Part shown: positions 38,489 through 50,000 of the stretch, in pieces
How positions within the stretch are numbered: the first letter of the stretch is position 1
Layout: the number at the start of each line of letters is the position of its first letter
Assembly (NCBI GenBank): GCA_002269645.1
Contig: NIVC01000461.1
Span: 434,001 to 498,000, forward strand
DNA: 64,000 nt
From: Macrostomum lignano
Taxonomy: Eukaryota
Reading direction: 5' to 3'
Program-made: the position numbers and the translations under genes
The notes under the pieces: generated by a model
Database searches by the model: none
What the model saw: only the letters and a program-made list of their open reading frames with translations
Told to the model about the DNA's origin: nothing

Positions 38489-39887
38489 ACTAGCGCGCGC
38501 TGCATCTGTCATATGGCTCAACTTCCGTCATCATAGCCCACTTCGGTCCAACTCCGCTCTGCATCCCAAAAATCTCAAATCTCGCCCACCCAGACAGGGC
38601 AGCCAGCCGCCTCCCTCTGCAAGTTCTTCGGGATAACAGAATAAAGATGATGAAGAGAGTCGTAGCCTGACAGGAGTCGGGGAAGAAATGCAAATTTCTA
38701 CAATAATGCATCGGACATCCACAAGGCATCGTCAGGCCAGTTAGAAATCAATGCCTGCTGTCGAAATATTGGCCAAATATCAGATGGTATTGGAAGTGCT
38801 GGAAGCTGTATCTAAGGGAGAAAATAAGGTGCAGCGTGAGGAGGGGATCAAGGCGGGGTGGGGATTTTATAATGATACAGAATCCCGGATCCGTAAAAAT
38901 GGGAGACGAGAATGGGTTTGGGGGGGATCAGTCAGCCCTGGGAGCAAAGAGCTTTTCTCGAGGAAGCAAGGAAAGTGTAGAATTAAAGTAGAGAAGCTGC
39001 AGTGGATCATTGTCCACCCCTCCCTACTGCGCTATCATCACTCCCTGTGGCTTGCCTACACAGCTTACATTCGCTTAATATTTGGGCAGCTGCGAACGGG
39101 CCATTCGTGACTCGAATCCTCACTGGGGGTGCAGCTGATGCCAGCGGCTTAGGGGGGGGGGGGCGCCCAGAGAAAAAGCTTATCCTGGATTGCTGCTTCA
39201 GTGCTATTGGCGAGACTTCACTTTTGATGCATTGGTGTGGGATTAAATCTGGCTGAACCCCGGGCAAGGACGCTAATTCGCTCGCGACTGCGGCAAGAGG
39301 TGAGGAGGGAGGAGGAGATGAGATGAGATGAGATAAGATGAGAGGAGATGAGAGGAGATGAGATAAGATGAGATGAGATGAGATGAGATGAGATGAGATG
39401 AGATGAGATGAACAAAGAGGAGAGGAAAGAGATCAAGGTACAAATCGAAAGTAAAATCCAGTCGGGTAACGCAGGTTCCGCCAGCGACATCCCGAAGGCG
39501 CCCGGAAGCGCCCGGAGGCGCAGCCACTCACTTGTCGTCTTTCTCGTGCTGCGTGAGCTCGATACCTCCGAGCTGTGAGTCCAGCGACTCGCCCGACACG
39601 CCCTGCCGTTTCAGCCGCTCCCGCGGGTTCGTGCCTGGGCCCGCCTTGGCAGCCGGCGCCCGGGGCCCGCCGTGGCCTCCATGCAGAGCCTCGGCAACGT
39701 CGCTGCCGACAGCCAAGTCCAGGGCGGAGCGCAGCCGCGCGATCTCCAGCCGGAGCACCGAGATCTCCGTTCGCTGGATCTCCACCAGCTGTCGAAGCTC
39801 CTCGTTTGACGCCTGGGCGTCCCGCAGTCGATCGGCCTGGCGCTGGCACTCCAGCTTCAGCCGCGAGGCCGCATGCTGGCTGTCCAT
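24329..39887 (-). CDS. PRKG1: cGMP-dependent protein kinase (PKG), 16 coding exons, 722 aa
   Basis: Exons 39532-39887, 32867-33033, 32202-32315, 31650-31755, 31083-31146, 30926-31003, 30201-30289, 30025-30090, 29794-29922, 29111-29225, 28399-28538, 28096-28185, 27858-27999, 26617-26780, 25407-25659 and 24329-24424 sum to 2169 nt, all GT-AG and in phase. Domains: leucine zipper, autoinhibitory [46 protein letters not shown], kinase GIGGFGRV / FRDLKPEN / DFGFAK / [10 protein letters not shown], and AGC tail SNFDKF...SGWDNDF. PRKG1 versus PRKG2 orthology cannot be resolved by eye. Confidence 0.95.
24520..25340. repeat. Complex minisatellite, ~24-bp unit GAGTGAGGTGGGTGATCAGGCACG and variants, PKG intron 15
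   Basis: Direct inspection. Confidence 0.92.
25757..26560. repeat. Minisatellite, 16-bp unit GTCGATATGATGGAGT / GTCGGTGTTATGGAGT, PKG intron 14
   Basis: Direct inspection. Confidence 0.95.
26855..27748. repeat. Minisatellite, ~12-bp unit CAGAATCCACCT, PKG intron 13
   Basis: Direct inspection. Confidence 0.93.
28745..29080. repeat. Minisatellite, 31-bp unit GAATCGGGAAGGGTATTCAGAGACTGGAGGG, PKG intron 10
   Basis: Direct inspection. Confidence 0.93.
29300..29781. repeat. Minisatellite, 16-bp unit CACTCAGTCACACCGT, PKG intron 9
   Basis: Direct inspection. Confidence 0.95.
30303..30897. repeat. Minisatellite, ~43-bp unit GAATGGATTGCTAGACTAGTCAATACGGGCGATTTGGGAAATA, PKG intron 6
   Basis: Direct inspection. 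Confidence 0.93.
31196..31625. repeat. Minisatellite, 31-bp unit GAGGGTAGATATCAGCCTAGTGATTGACTGT, PKG intron 4
   Basis: Direct inspection. Confidence 0.95.
32335..32822. repeat. Minisatellite, 15-bp unit GGTATCTGTGGTGCG and variants, PKG intron 2
   Basis: Direct inspection. Confidence 0.93.
33063..33970. repeat. Minisatellite, 15-bp unit GAGTGATTGAGTAAT, PKG intron 1
   Basis: Direct inspection. Confidence 0.95.
34545..34745. repeat. Short minisatellite, 15-bp unit CCAGGGGCTTTAGCA, PKG intron 1
   Basis: Direct inspection. Confidence 0.8.
34974..35050. repeat. (GA)n microsatellite
   Basis: Direct inspection. Confidence 0.95.
35565..36198. repeat. G-rich minisatellite, 21-bp unit GGGAGGCAGGTTAGGGGTAGA, PKG intron 1
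   Basis: Direct inspection. Confidence 0.95.
37105..38250. repeat. Minisatellite, 33-bp unit CAGGGCTCAGTCACACCCAGCAGACTCAGCAGG, PKG intron 1
   Basis: Direct inspection. Confidence 0.95.
39315..39410. repeat. (GAGAT)n microsatellite
   Basis: Direct inspection. Confidence 0.9.
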
Positions 39888-40038
39888 CGAGGAGCCGCTG
39901 CTAGAGGCGCCGGCGGCTCGCGGGAGGCGGCGGGCGCTGCCTGACCCTCCGCCACTGGCGACCCTGAAGCCGCAGCCGCCGGCTGTGCACCGGTGGCTGG
40001 CATCCTTTGCCTGCGGGTTGGGAAGGTGTGAATGACTG

Positions 40039-40390
40039 GATGCTGAGTGATGTTCTGGGATGCTGAGTGATGTTCTGGGATGCTGAGTGATGTTCTGGGA
40101 TGCTGAGTGATGTTCTGGGATGCTGAGTGATGTTCTGGGATGCTGAGTGATGTTCTGGGATGCTGAGTGATGTTCTGGGATGCTGAGTGATGTTCTGGGA
40201 TGCTGAGTGATGTTCTGGGATGCTGAGTGATGTTCTGGGATGCTGAGTGATGTTCTGGGATGCTGAGTGATGTTCTGGGATGCTGAGTGATGTTCTGGGA
40301 TGCTGAGTGATGTTCTGGGATGCTGAGTGATGTTCTGGGATGCTGAGTGATGTTCTGGGATGCTGAGTGATGTTCTGGGATGCTGAGTGA
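40039..40390. repeat. Perfect minisatellite, 20-bp unit GATGCTGAGTGATGTTCTGG
   Basis: About 17-18 identical units, immediately upstream (in PKG sense) of a CAG acceptor at 40011-40013. Confidence 0.95.
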
Positions 40391-41100
40391 GGAATTGAGA
40401 GGCTGAGTGGGAGTTAGTTACTCAGGATTAAATGCGAAGGGTTATCAACTGGCATCAAGCACTTCCCGCTGTCGAACCGGCCTCCCCTTAATCAGAAAGT
40501 GGCGCTTTGATCCCAATGGACCGTGCACAGATAGCATTTGTCGTTGCAAAGGCTCGCTTTAAAGAACTGAGTCACGATCGATAACACCAAGGGGATAAGG
40601 GAGTGCAAACAGAGGCTGGCATCCCAGCCTGAGTCTGGTGGTGGGGGGGGGATGGGGAAGTTTTCCCTGACAAAAAACGGCTTTCAAACACTGAATGCAA
40701 GGGGAAAATAGAAATAGTCCCCCCCCCCCCGATTGGGGGTGGTGGCTCAGCAGCCACAGCAGCATCTGGAAGGGGAAGGGGGACATTTTGGCGTGGGAAA
40801 AGCGAAATGGCGGCTCCGCCAGCAAGTTGCCGAGGCCAGGAGACGCAGAGAGAAGTCACTCGCAAAGGGAAACTTTCCTCTCCTCCCGAACTCCTTTCTG
40901 TCCGGCCAAGCGCCTCATCGCCCGATGGGGCTGGCTGGTCGCATTTCCCGGCGCTTTGCTAAAGCTGTTCCCCCCCCCTTTTTTCACAATTTTTTTCTCG
41001 GCTTACCAACCCACCCCATCAACCTCGGGGTAGTCTCTTTCCAGAATCTGCTTCTCGGCCGCCTCGCCCCGACCAAACTCCTGTCTGCTTTCCCAGAGCC

Positions 41101-41101
41101 C

Positions 41102-41135
<34 letters not shown>
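41101..41135. repeat. (CAG)n trinucleotide repeat
   Basis: Direct inspection. Confidence 0.9.
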
Positions 41136-41136
<1 letters not shown>

Positions 41137-41749
41137 TCTCTGAGCAGATGGCGAAGCGATGGCCCCGCCCATCCCCAGCCTCCACCGTGCACGGAAAACA
41201 CGGCAGTTTAGGCAGCTTTTTGCATCCCAGGTAGGCTGTTAGTTCGGTTGGCACTATAGCTGGCAGATACAGCGGGGCAGAGGCGAGAATGTCTCACCCA
41301 TGCTGCCTCGCAGGATGGGGCGGGGCAGCCTGGTGATGATTGCTAAGTATGACAGCCGCTAGCTACTCCAGGTCCGGCTTCTGGTTTTTGTCTTCGCTCT
41401 GCTTTTGTTATAAAGTGCACGAATAAATTGCATCCAATTTAATGGATTAAGCTGCGGACGAAATCGCGCTAATATAGTGAAGCTGGGCCAACCCCCCCCC
41501 CCAATCCGCAATTCCATTAGAATGCCTTATCGGCAGTTTAATAGTTGGGTGTCGTCAACTTCGTATATCTTGCCTGCAGTATTTTGTCGCACGAGAGAGT
41601 TAAAGAGGATATAGATAATTTCACTAAAATGCATACAGTTTCTGTGCTTTCAATAATAGAATTTTGTTGGTTTTAAAAAGCTGAGTTATTTGATGGGTAT
41701 ATTTATTCACGTTAGATGAAGCATCAGTATCACTTAATGGACGAGATCG

Positions 41750-42130
41750 GCTTTCACATTGGGACGCAGATCGAGAAAGTCGACTCTAGGCTAGATGTAC
41801 ACTCGCGGATCGGAGGGGAATGAATGTACATTGGGGTAGAGAGACGCGATTGGAGAGAGTCGACTCTAGGCCAAATGTACACTTGCAGATCGGAAGTGAA
41901 TGAATGTACAATGGGGGTAGAGAGACGCAAATCGAGAAAGTCAGCTCTAGGCTAAATGTACACTCGCGGATCGGAGGGGAATGAATTATGTACATTGGGG
42001 GTAGAGAGACACAGATCGAGAAAGTTGGCACTGGGCTCTACACTCGCAGATCGGAGGTGAATGAATGTACATTTGGGGGGTAGAGAGACACATATCGAGC
42101 AAGTTGGCTCTGGGCTAGATGTACACTTGG
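41750..42130. repeat. Degenerate tandem repeat, ~80-bp unit (GAGAGAC...GATCGAGAAAGTCGACTCTAGGCTAGATGTACACTCGCGGATCGGAGGGGAATGAATGTACATTGGGG)
   Basis: Four to five diverged copies are visible. Confidence 0.8.
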
Positions 42131-43129
42131 TTCCAATTTTATTGGACTTCGATTTCAAAGACTTAAGACGGCAAGGAGTATATTTTATGAGCCTGTTCAA
42201 TATTCCCGAAGGCTCTCAGCTGACTGGGCACCGAACAGCGCGGTGTTGCTGTTCAACTGCTGCTGCAATTGTAGGCGGCCAGTCCAGGCAATGAATTATG
42301 CACAAGCGTCATGTCAAGACCATGTAGTATAGCCTATACTGATACTGCACGCTCACTTTCAACCCGTGCTTAACCGCCGCACAACCCGCTGCGGTACTCG
42401 GGGGGGGGGGGCATGATTAACAGCCAGCCCCCTAGCGAGGTATTAGAAGCGGCTATTAGAAGCATACGCTTATATAAGAACTGAATGCTTGTACCGTCCC
42501 TCAGCTCAGCCTAACGAGTGTCAACCCCCACCAGAGTAGGAGGGCCTCCCCTTCCCCTATCGAAGACGCCGGGGGAACGGATCTCTTGCTGGAGGCACTA
42601 CCCGCATCTCAGGCTCTATGCAATATGCACCCATCCATCAGCTGAATTTCTGTATTCTTGTTGACGCAGAAAAAGCGGCAACAACAGCAGCACCCGCCTC
42701 GCCCGGGTGTCGCGTGAATTTTCTGCGAGTGTTTCGATTGTCTTCTGGCTTGACAACAAAAAAGGAAGAGGGGAGAGAGAGAGGCTAGAAAAGCACGATG
42801 AAGCTGAGCTGTCATTGTTGAACTGGCATTATTGCCGCCAATCTGCATTTGACGCGAACCCTCTGAGCCCGTGTATCCCGCTACCGAACCAGCTTGCTGT
42901 CTGCCTGACAGCGGAGCTGAGCTCAATACAGGGTTTTAATTCGTTATTGGGTTAGGTTAGTGTGATGGGGTAGCTAAAGTAGTTGGATAGGGCAGTTTGG
43001 CAGTTAGCGGGGTAGGCTACTTGGGGAGGGCTGGTGGTAGCTTTTTTAATAAAAGTACTTGAATAGAGTAGCCGAGTCTGAACAGAATTTGTGTGGAATA
43101 CTTGTCAAAGTAGCTGAGTGGAATAGCTG

Positions 43130-43915
43130 GATGAGTAGCTGGGTAGCTAGGTAGAGTAGCTGGGTAGAGTAGCTGGGTAGAGTAGCTGGGTAGAGTAGCT
43201 GGAAGAGTAGTTTGGTAGAGTAGCTGGGCAGAGTAGCTGGGCAGAGTAGCTGGGCAGAGTAGCTGGGCAGAGTAGCTGGGCAGAGTAGCTGGGTAGAGTA
43301 GCTGGGTAGAGTAGCTGGGTAGAGTAGCTTGGTAGAGTAGCTGGGCAGAGTAGCTGGGCAGAGTAGCTGGGCAGAGTAGCTGGGCAGAGTAGCTGGGCAG
43401 AGTAGCTGGGCAGAGTAGCTGGGTAGAGTAGCTTGGTAGAGTAGCTGGGTAGAGTAGCTGGGTAGAGTAGCTGGGCAGAGTAGCTGGGCAGAGTAGCTGG
43501 GCAGAGTAGCTGGGCAGAGTAGCTGGGTAGAGTAGCTGGGTAGAGTAGCTGGGTAGAGTAGCTTGGTAGAGTAGCTGGGCAGAGTAGCTGGGCAGAGTAG
43601 CTGGGCAGAGTAGCTGGGCAGAGTAGCTGGGCAGAGTAGCTGGGCAGAGTAGCTGGGTAGAGTAGCTTGGTAGAGTAGCTGGGTAGAGTAGCTGGGTAGA
43701 GTAGCTGGGCAGAGTAGCTGGGCAGAGTAGCTGGGCAGAGTAGCTGGGCAGAGTAGCTGGGTAGAGTAGCTGGAAGAGTAGTTTGGTAGAGTAGCTGGGC
43801 AGAGTAGCTGGGCAGAGTAGCTGGGCAGAGTAGCTGGGCAGAGTAGCTGGGTAGAGTAGCTGCGTAGAGTAGCTAGGTATATAGCTGGGTAGAGTAGCTG
43901 GGCAGAGTAGCTTGA
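43130..43915. repeat. Minisatellite, 13-bp unit AGAGTAGCTGGG(C/T)
   Basis: Direct inspection. Confidence 0.95.
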
Positions 43916-46900
43916 GTAGATTTAGTAGAGTAGAGTGAACTCACCGAAAGAAGAGAGCGGCTAGCGACGCAATCTTGAATGCGCGGTTCTGCACTTTGCC
44001 GGGGCGCCCGTGCGGCGAATGCGCGATTAAAACTCTGTCAGTCGGTCAGCAAACCGATCTATGCGGTAATTCTCAGCGCTCGACTCTCGGTAGAGGCCCG
44101 GGGTATCTCTCGGGGTTAAGTTCTCCCGCTAGTTCTTGAAGGCGAGTCCCGCTGGCAATGGGGGAGTGTCTGGCATGCGAGCTGAATCCGCTGCTGGCAT
44201 TCTTCTTATTGTCCGCCCCAGCCAGCCTCCCCTCCGATAGGGTGGAGGCTGGGAGCCAAGCGGAAGAGATTGAGCTGAACGCGGAGCCGATGATGGGACC
44301 CCGCGGACTCGCATTGGCCTCCCCACCCCCCTGCCCGGCCCAGTCGCTCGCGTAAACACATGCGCATACTACTCATATGGAACCGAGAGGAGATGAGATC
44401 ACGCGAGATTGCAAGAGGGAGAGAGAGAGACTCAGAGAGAGAGTTGAGTTGCTTAGCCATTCGTACAGCAGATTTAGATGGATAGATTTTGTGTCTGGCC
44501 CTATAAAGCATTGCTGCCTTAGAAACACAAAACCAAAATGAAAGCTTATGCATGGCCAGATAAGCCATGATGCTGTTGCAGTCCTGGGACTGAGCACTCT
44601 GTCTGTCTGACTGACTCCCGCGCACTTCATCATTATGCTCATGCCACCGCTTGTTTACACTTTTTAAGCTGCCTTCTCTGGAGTCTGCTTTGGTTCTTAC
44701 TTAATCGACGTGGTGAAAAAATTCCAGCTGCTCAAGCTTAGGGGACACCATGTGAGCATTCTGAGGCTCCGCGGCTACAATACTATTAAATATAACTATT
44801 AAATATTGATGATGGGTTGGCACCGCAGCTTCGCCCATCATCCCCTTTCTGCGAATCCCGTTGGGGCTGCAACGCAATTGCAATTGCAGAATCGAAATTT
44901 CGTTGAAGGTTATTTTTAAATTATGCTCCATTACGATTTTTCCTATTGCGAAAGTAATTTTCTATACGTATCGGACGCGAGTGGCCAACTTTTAGAATTT
45001 ACAATCTAATTGATGGAGTGAAGAGACTGAAACGGCTAGTGTGAGCAGTTCATCTGGAAAAGTACATGTAGTCAATTTTTGCGCTGTTTTGCCTGGCAAT
45101 GAATTTATTATTGTTATTTTTATTACCCACTTACATTGCCACTATACTCTACCGCTGTTGCCAGTGCCGTAAAAGCCGTGCGCACCGACCAGACGGCCCC
45201 ATTAGTGCTGTGGTGCCTCTAAATTAACTCTGCCAGATTTTCTGAATTGCCCAAACCCCTCTTCATCGATTTTTATGGCTAGAGATTTTTCGTTTATGTA
45301 CTTGCTTCCGGCATTAGCTTATACATGTATATTATTAAAACTGATATTGGATGAACTGCAATTCAAGGTCAAATTCGAGTGTACGAATTGAACCCATTTT
45401 AACAGTAGAACTACATGTACCAAGGGGGATTCGACCCCAGCCCAGCAGTTGATTTGCCCACTGTCGAGGCTAGACACACGTGGTCGACGTGCTGGTGAAA
45501 TTTGGAGGCTTGGCAAGGCTGCACTAAGTCGCAGTACTGCTGATTGGCGCACAGGCATGACGATTAAGCCGTCAATCTTGTTTTCATTTTTGATGTCTCG
45601 AAGTTTGTATTTTCATTGGCTGTCTTCACTCCAATCATATCTCTAGCCGCGGAGGCCCCTGATTGGCTAGCCATTTTTGAGCTAGGTGGCTCGACTCTCG
45701 CTTTCCGATTTCTTGCTCCCCCCCAAAGTTAGCGACAGTAAAGTGAAATAGTGAACTGATTCAAGTATCTGCTCGTTATTTAGTTTTCCTACCGTATAAT
45801 CTTCCTCCACTAAATCCTCAGTCTTCACTCGGGTCTGAGAAGTGTCTGTACGCCTCCAGACCGGTGTTCACCTCTCTGTCGCTGCCGAGTGGCCTTGGCT
45901 AGCCTCATCATCCGCGCCTCCCTCTTGTCGTAGAGCTGCACGAGTGTTAGTACGCTCCCAGCCCATCCACTTCCGCCCCGGAGTGTCTGTAATGCACTCG
46001 GCAGGCTCTGGGCAGTCCAGCAAACCGAACTCGCGACCGCCCTGCCGCGTCCGCAGGGACGGTGGCGGTAAATGCGACAACTATCGCCCCGCCCCATGGG
46101 TCGCTTCATAAGACTCTTTCTAACTGATTACTTGACAAGCTTTGAGATCTGCTTTCGGTTAGAGACAATAAAAAACTTCTTCTTTTAGTTAGTAAAGTTT
46201 CCGATTAAAAAGTGGCCACCAAGAGGGGGTTTCTAGGAATTTAAATTAACTAACCGGAACTTAAATACCGGATCAAGAGTTTGCGGAGGGGCATCAGAGC
46301 GGTATGAGAGATGGAGATCAGCTTAGGGGGTATTCCAGCTTCCCAGTGCAGAGGAATGCATGCTCACGCCCTGCCTATGGATCGAGTGAGAGAGAGGAAA
46401 GAGATGAAGGAGAGGCCAAGGGGAGGCTGGGCCGGCTCTCTGACGGACGATGATGAGGCTTGACTTTAATTTATCAAGCAATCCCGACAAGCAAGCGCCC
46501 CTATCAAAGCAGCAAGGCTGGCGTATGCGTGCCGGGGGACATGGGAAGCCACGCGTCAGACACGCAAGCTTAGAGTAGAAAGTACTTGAGGGGAGAGAGT
46601 TTATGAGCTATTTAGCGCGGTGCATCAGTATTGCATTCGCAACCGGAATTGCACCACACGGCTGGCTTAAATTCAATTTAAATAGACTAAGGAGTGAAAG
46701 CCCAAAAAAGCACTTTTATATAGAGTTCGTATGTATGTATATATTGATAGAATTTTTCACCATGCCTACTGCCACTCAGAAGCGATTGTCAGTAGTATAA
46801 AACGAAAAGAAACAGTTAATATATTTATTCACAATTAGATTCACAAAAAAAGCAAGCCATAGCAGTTTGAATTGAGCGTGCATGAAAGACAGGTTGGGCT

Positions 46901-47065
46901 GAACAAGACATCAATTAAGTCAATACAAGCCAATGTAAGCCAACGGGAAGCAAGCGTGCTGGAATAACGGTAAAAAGCTACATGTACACAATGCACTTTA
47001 AAACAGATAAAAAATTACTTGGTGAAGTGCGCACCTGCTGTTTGTTTTGAATTCATTTAAGCGTT

Positions 47066-50000
47066 TTAAGCAACGCCGAAATGAACCGATTTCGGGCGTC
47101 GGCCGGCATTCAATCGGCTGCGTTCGATTTCGCCAAAGGCTCGAATTCTACGGAATAGCCAATAGCCGGCGCAGAGCAGCAGGCACAGGACGTACAGGCC
47201 GAGCCAGTAGAACCTGCGGCAGTGCGGATTTGCGTTCAAGGTGACTTCATAGCTTGGGCATGAAAAAATAACATTATAGCTAGTATTTAAGGTGTGTCTC
47301 AGTTCCAGGTGTGGCTGAGCTCAGGGTGTGTCTCAGTTCCAGATGTGGCTGAGCTCAGGGTGTGTCCCAGTTCCAGATGTGGCTGAGCTCAGGGTGTGTC
47401 CCAGTTCCAGATGTGGCTGAGCTCAGGGTGTGTCCCAGTTCCAGATGTGGCTGAGCTCAGGGTGTGTCCCAGTTCCAGATGTGGCTGAGCTCAGGGTGTG
47501 TCCCAGTTCCAGATGTGGCTGAGCTCAGGGTGTGTCCCAGTTCCAGATGTGGCTGAGCTCAGGTGTCTCACAGTGCATACCTGGACACCAGCCAGAGGCT
47601 AACACAGGTGTCTCACAGTGCATACCTGGACACCAGCCAGAGGCTAACACAGGTGTCTCACAGTGCATACCTGGACACCAGCCAGAGGCTAACACAGGTG
47701 TCTCACAGTGCATACCTGGACACCAGCCAGAGGCTAACACAGGTGTCTCACAGTGCATACCTGGACACCAGCCAGAGGCTAACACAGGTGTCTCCACAGT
47801 GCATACCTGGACACCAGCCAGAGGCTAACACAGGTGTCTCACAGGTGTCTCCACAGTGCATACCTGGACACCAGCCAGAGGCTAACACAGGTGTCTCACA
47901 GTGCATACCTGGACACCAGCCAGAGGCTAACACAGGTGTCTCACAGTGCATACCTGGACACCAGCCAGAGGCTAACACAGGTGTCTCCACAGTGCATACC
48001 TGGACACCAGCCAGAGGCTAACACAGGTGTCTCACAGTGCATACCTGGACACCAGCCAGAGGCTAACATAGCAGACGCGGCCGTCCCTCTCCCGCACGGC
48101 CAGGTAACCGTAGGCCACCTCCAGAGTGCCCATCCGGTAGGAGCAGGTGGGCGAGCCGATCTCGTACACTATGCCGTCAGTGAGGGTGAACTTTGCCGAA
48201 TCGAGCGGCTCAGTGGCGTAGGGTCCCCCTCGCTTATCAGGATAGGGCGCCACAGTCTCAGCGCCGGCGGGTGACCAGCAGCCGTCGCAGCGCAGCGCAA
48301 AGGCCCGATGCCTGTGACCGGTGATGACCAGGTGAGGCCGGAGCAGGCGCAACAGGTGTCTAAACTGGGTTGGCCGCTGGGTAAGCAAATTGGCGTGATT
48401 GGATAGGATGCGAAATCCGACCGATCCGGTCTCCGGTGTGTCTGCAATTAGCACCGGTTTATACTACTTAGTAAGTAGCTTAAAATACTCCGCATTTGAT
48501 TCAATATTAGTCAGTTGGCTGCCGTGCGATTCACGCTCTCATGAGGGCACAGAGAGTGTACATGCCTGACGATTAGAAAGTCAGGGCTGATGTACATCCT
48601 GTGTGAGCGTGTGTATGACAGCTTGCTAATTGGTTCAGCAATAATGTACATTAGCCAGTCCACTAAAATGTACATGGCAGCTTTAGGCTGGAATTCCGAG
48701 AGAGGCAATAAAAATTGGGTGGGGCCGGGGGAGTGTGGAAAGGCGCGGTTGGAGGCTTTAAGCTGGGGGTTAAGAGCCAATAAATGAGGAAATGAGCGTT
48801 AGCTTTAAAAATACATTAAAATGCTTCAGTTTAACTTACTACTGAGCTGAAAGTAGTTTGCACGCAAATGTGCTGAGTGGCCCATCTAGTTATTCTAGTA
48901 TGTGTGGTTAGTAGGAAAATGCCATCGATAGCACCACGACCCTCCCTGCGAATATTTCTATCAAACTTTCAAATCTTTCTGAAATTGATCTCTGCCAGGC
49001 GGCTTACTAGGCGCCAGGTGCGCGTAGGCGGACGCAACGTGGCGTTCGATCTCCCGCTGGCTGCCAAACGCATCGGCATAGAAGCGCAGCCACAGCAGCC
49101 GCATGGACTGGCCGGCCTTGGCCGAGCCCTCCAGCCGGCCGAACTGTCTCTCGTAGTCGGCCACCCGGCCGGAGCTGACTGGCTCGGCCTCGCCGCCAAC
49201 GTCATTGTCGCCAGCCAGGATGAGGCGGCGGCGCTTCGGCCAGAGGAACAGGCCGCGGAATCTGGCCGTGTAGTCGGACAGGGCGGCCGGCGGCGCGGAC
49301 AGGCCTTCGTCGATGAGGTCGCCAGGAAACAGCAGAGTGGAAGGCTTGGCGGCGCTCAGTGCGGCGGAGTAGCCTTTGTAGAGGAACCTGCGACGGGCCA
49401 TGGATTAATAAATTCTATATTTATGGACCTGAGATGAGGGATCAAAGCCTCCATCAGTTTACCTGTCCGCGTCCCATCTGGTCAGCCAGCCGAGCACTTG
49501 GCTCTCGTCCCGGTAGCCCTGAATTTGCGGATCCGACGCAATCAGAAAGGTGACGTCTCCCTCAGGTGGGCCACTGAAGATTGAAATTAAATATTTAGTA
49601 CTAGCGATAAAAATAGACATACTTTTAATTGTTCATATTGGTAGCAAATAGAGAAAGTAAAAGTAAAAAGTACAGAAGGGCAATTAAGGTGGGCTATATG
49701 TACAGAAGGACAATTAAGGTGGGCTAGGTACAGAAGGGCAATTAAGGTGGGCTATATGTACAGAAGAACAATTAAGGTGGGCTATAGGTACAGAAGGGCA
49801 ATTAAGGTGGGCTATATGTACAGAAGGGCAATTAAGTTGGGCTAGGTACACAGAAGGGCAATTAAGGTGGGCTATAGGTACAGAAGGGCAATTAAGGTGG
49901 GCTATATGTACAGAAGGGCAATTAAGGTGGGCTAGGTACACAGAAGGGCAATTAAGGTGGGCTAGGTACACAGAAGGGCAATTAAGGTGGGCTAGGTACA

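Noticed and set aside
41003-41254. ORF with a poly-Cys run
   Set aside because: Caused by the (CAG/CTG)n tract; no domain or splice support.
43920-46800. GC-richer unique region with short ORFs, CCAAT-like and GCCATTTT motifs and a GTGAGT donor near 43940
   Set aside because: No recognisable protein. It may hold PKG 5' UTR exons or a promoter, but sequence alone cannot support a call.
49180-49215. GDND in place of the canonical GNHD metallophosphoesterase motif
   Set aside because: To my knowledge this variant occurs in a branch of Cdc1/MPPE1-like proteins, so it is not evidence of novelty on its own.
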